Shown here piece after piece: positions 63,303-64,000 of a stretch of DNA of 64,000 nucleotides (the stretch's first letter is position 1; each line of letters starts with the position of its first letter). Where the stretch lies: positions 9,981 to 73,980 of the forward strand of contig DATAED010000076.1 in assembly GCA_036258195.1 (NCBI GenBank). Reading direction: 5' to 3'. The stretch comes from Ktedonobacterales bacterium (GTDB taxonomy: Bacteria > Chloroflexota > Ktedonobacteria > Ktedonobacterales > JADMIN01). The notes under the pieces were generated by a model. That model was not told the origin of the DNA. It made no database searches and saw only the letters and a program-made list of their open reading frames with translations. Position numbers and translations under genes: made by a program.

Positions 63303-64000
63303 GCGGAGCGCTCCGTCGCGTCTTCATCGGGTCGTGGCGCGTCCTCATCCAGGGCATAGCGCTCGATGGCCAGCGCGGCGCCGTCCTCGGCGTTGTCGGC
63401 GGTCACCACATCGGCGGCCAGTCGCACTTCGGGCGCGGCGGCGCCCATCGCCACCCCAAGGCCAGCCGTCTGCAACATCGAAATGTCGTTGATGCCATCG
63501 CCAATCGCCATCGTCTGCGTCAGCGGGATGTCGAACTGCTGCGCCAGCCAGCGCACACCCTCACCCTTCGACGCATCTGGAGCGAACAGCGTCAACTCAG
63601 CCTCATTGTAACTGCCCATCGGCATGATCTGTCGCCCCAGCGGGGACGCATCCAGCGCATCGAGGGCCAGCCGCAGCGCATCGAACGGCCCAAACGCGCA
63701 CAGCCGGAGCATCTGCGGCGCGAGTGCAGCAAGATTGTCCGGCGCGAAGAGGGTGGTCTGCTGCTCAAACCGTTCCAGATACGAGCGCGTCCACTCCGGA
63801 TGTGGCGGATCGGCGCTCACCAGCAGCCGCTCGTCCTGCTCGTTGCGATATTGCGCGATCACCTGTAATTTATGCTCACCCACTGTCTGCGCCGCCGCCC
63901 GCGCCTGCTCCGGATCGAGCGTCCGCCGCAGACGCGCCGCGCCAGAGCGCGCGTCGCAGATCAGCGCGCCATCGTAGAGAATCAGCGGGCCGATCAGGCC
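63299..64000 (-). CDS. Cof-type HAD-IIB phosphatase, 5' end outside the window
   Basis: The reading frame stays open upstream of the ORF-track GTG to the window edge (GLIGPLILYDGALICDARSG...). The C-terminal motif III is AIGDGINDISML. Confidence 0.75.
   Translation of the reverse strand, partial: GLIGPLILYDGALICDARSGAARLRRTLDPEQARAAAQTVGEHKLQVIAQYRNEQDERLLVSADPPHPEWTRSYLERFEQQTTLFAPDNLAALAPQMLRLCAFGPFDALRLALDALDASPLGRQIMPMGSYNEAELTLFAPDASKGEGVRWLAQQFDIPLTQTMAIGDGINDISMLQTAGLGVAMGAAAPEVRLAADVVTADNAEDGAALAIERYALDEDAPRPDEDATERSA

Noticed and set aside
1-64000. tRNA, rRNA, tmRNA, RNase P RNA, CRISPR arrays, transposases, integrases and prophage modules
   Set aside because: I scanned intergenic regions by eye for T-loop (GTTCGAATC-like) motifs, regularly spaced repeats and recombinase motifs, and found none. 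The only repeats are the dispersed hairpin families, which are not regularly spaced and have no spacers.

Overview
This is a visibly GC-rich (about two-thirds G+C by eye) bacterial chromosomal segment, densely coding on both strands with roughly 60 protein genes. The ORF track starts each ORF at the most upstream ATG/GTG/TTG, so I moved many starts to the first start codon preceded by a GGAGG-type Shine-Dalgarno (SD) site. Content is mostly housekeeping and metabolism: ychF (3' end), ispH, type-2 IPP isomerase, a three-subunit xanthine-dehydrogenase-family molybdoenzyme, RNase J, a small sulfite-oxidase-like Moco protein, a lone 2-oxoacid dehydrogenase E2, metG and a DUF1611/dipeptide-epimerase/HD cassette. 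It also holds a cation antiporter, a NIP-like aquaporin, a GT2 transferase, clpC, a CYTH-CHAD protein, moaA, metH, DJ-1/PfpI, an amidohydrolase, a geranylgeranyl reductase, mtnP, two Hanks-type Ser/Thr kinases, rlmN, fmt, cdd, a CHAP-domain protein, a quinone oxidoreductase, NUDIX and a Cof-type HAD. The repertoire suggests a Terrabacteria lineage (Chloroflexota- or Actinobacteria-like), which is inference only. I saw no rRNA, tRNA, CRISPR array, transposase or integrase. Five signals stand out. (1) Two families of GC-rich palindromic intergenic repeats, at least 11 copies, sit mostly at gene 3' ends; one copy carries a nested hairpin insertion and one supplies the last codons and stop of mtnP. 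(2) An 81-aa MoaD/ubiquitin-like ORF ending in Gly-Gly is coupled to an uncharacterised membrane-anchored protein, behind a long leader that shares an exact 11-mer with the moaA leader. (3) A stand-alone Rad52/Sak-like annealing-protein candidate lies behind a perfect -35 box overlapped by a Gram-positive-type LexA (GAAC-N4-GTTC-like) box. (4) A strongly SD-preceded 58-aa ORF falls below the ORF-track cutoff. (5) A secreted protein has a motif order resembling plant PHI-1/EXORDIUM. None of these is a demonstrated new system. All family assignments rest on motif recognition from memory, without database searches.
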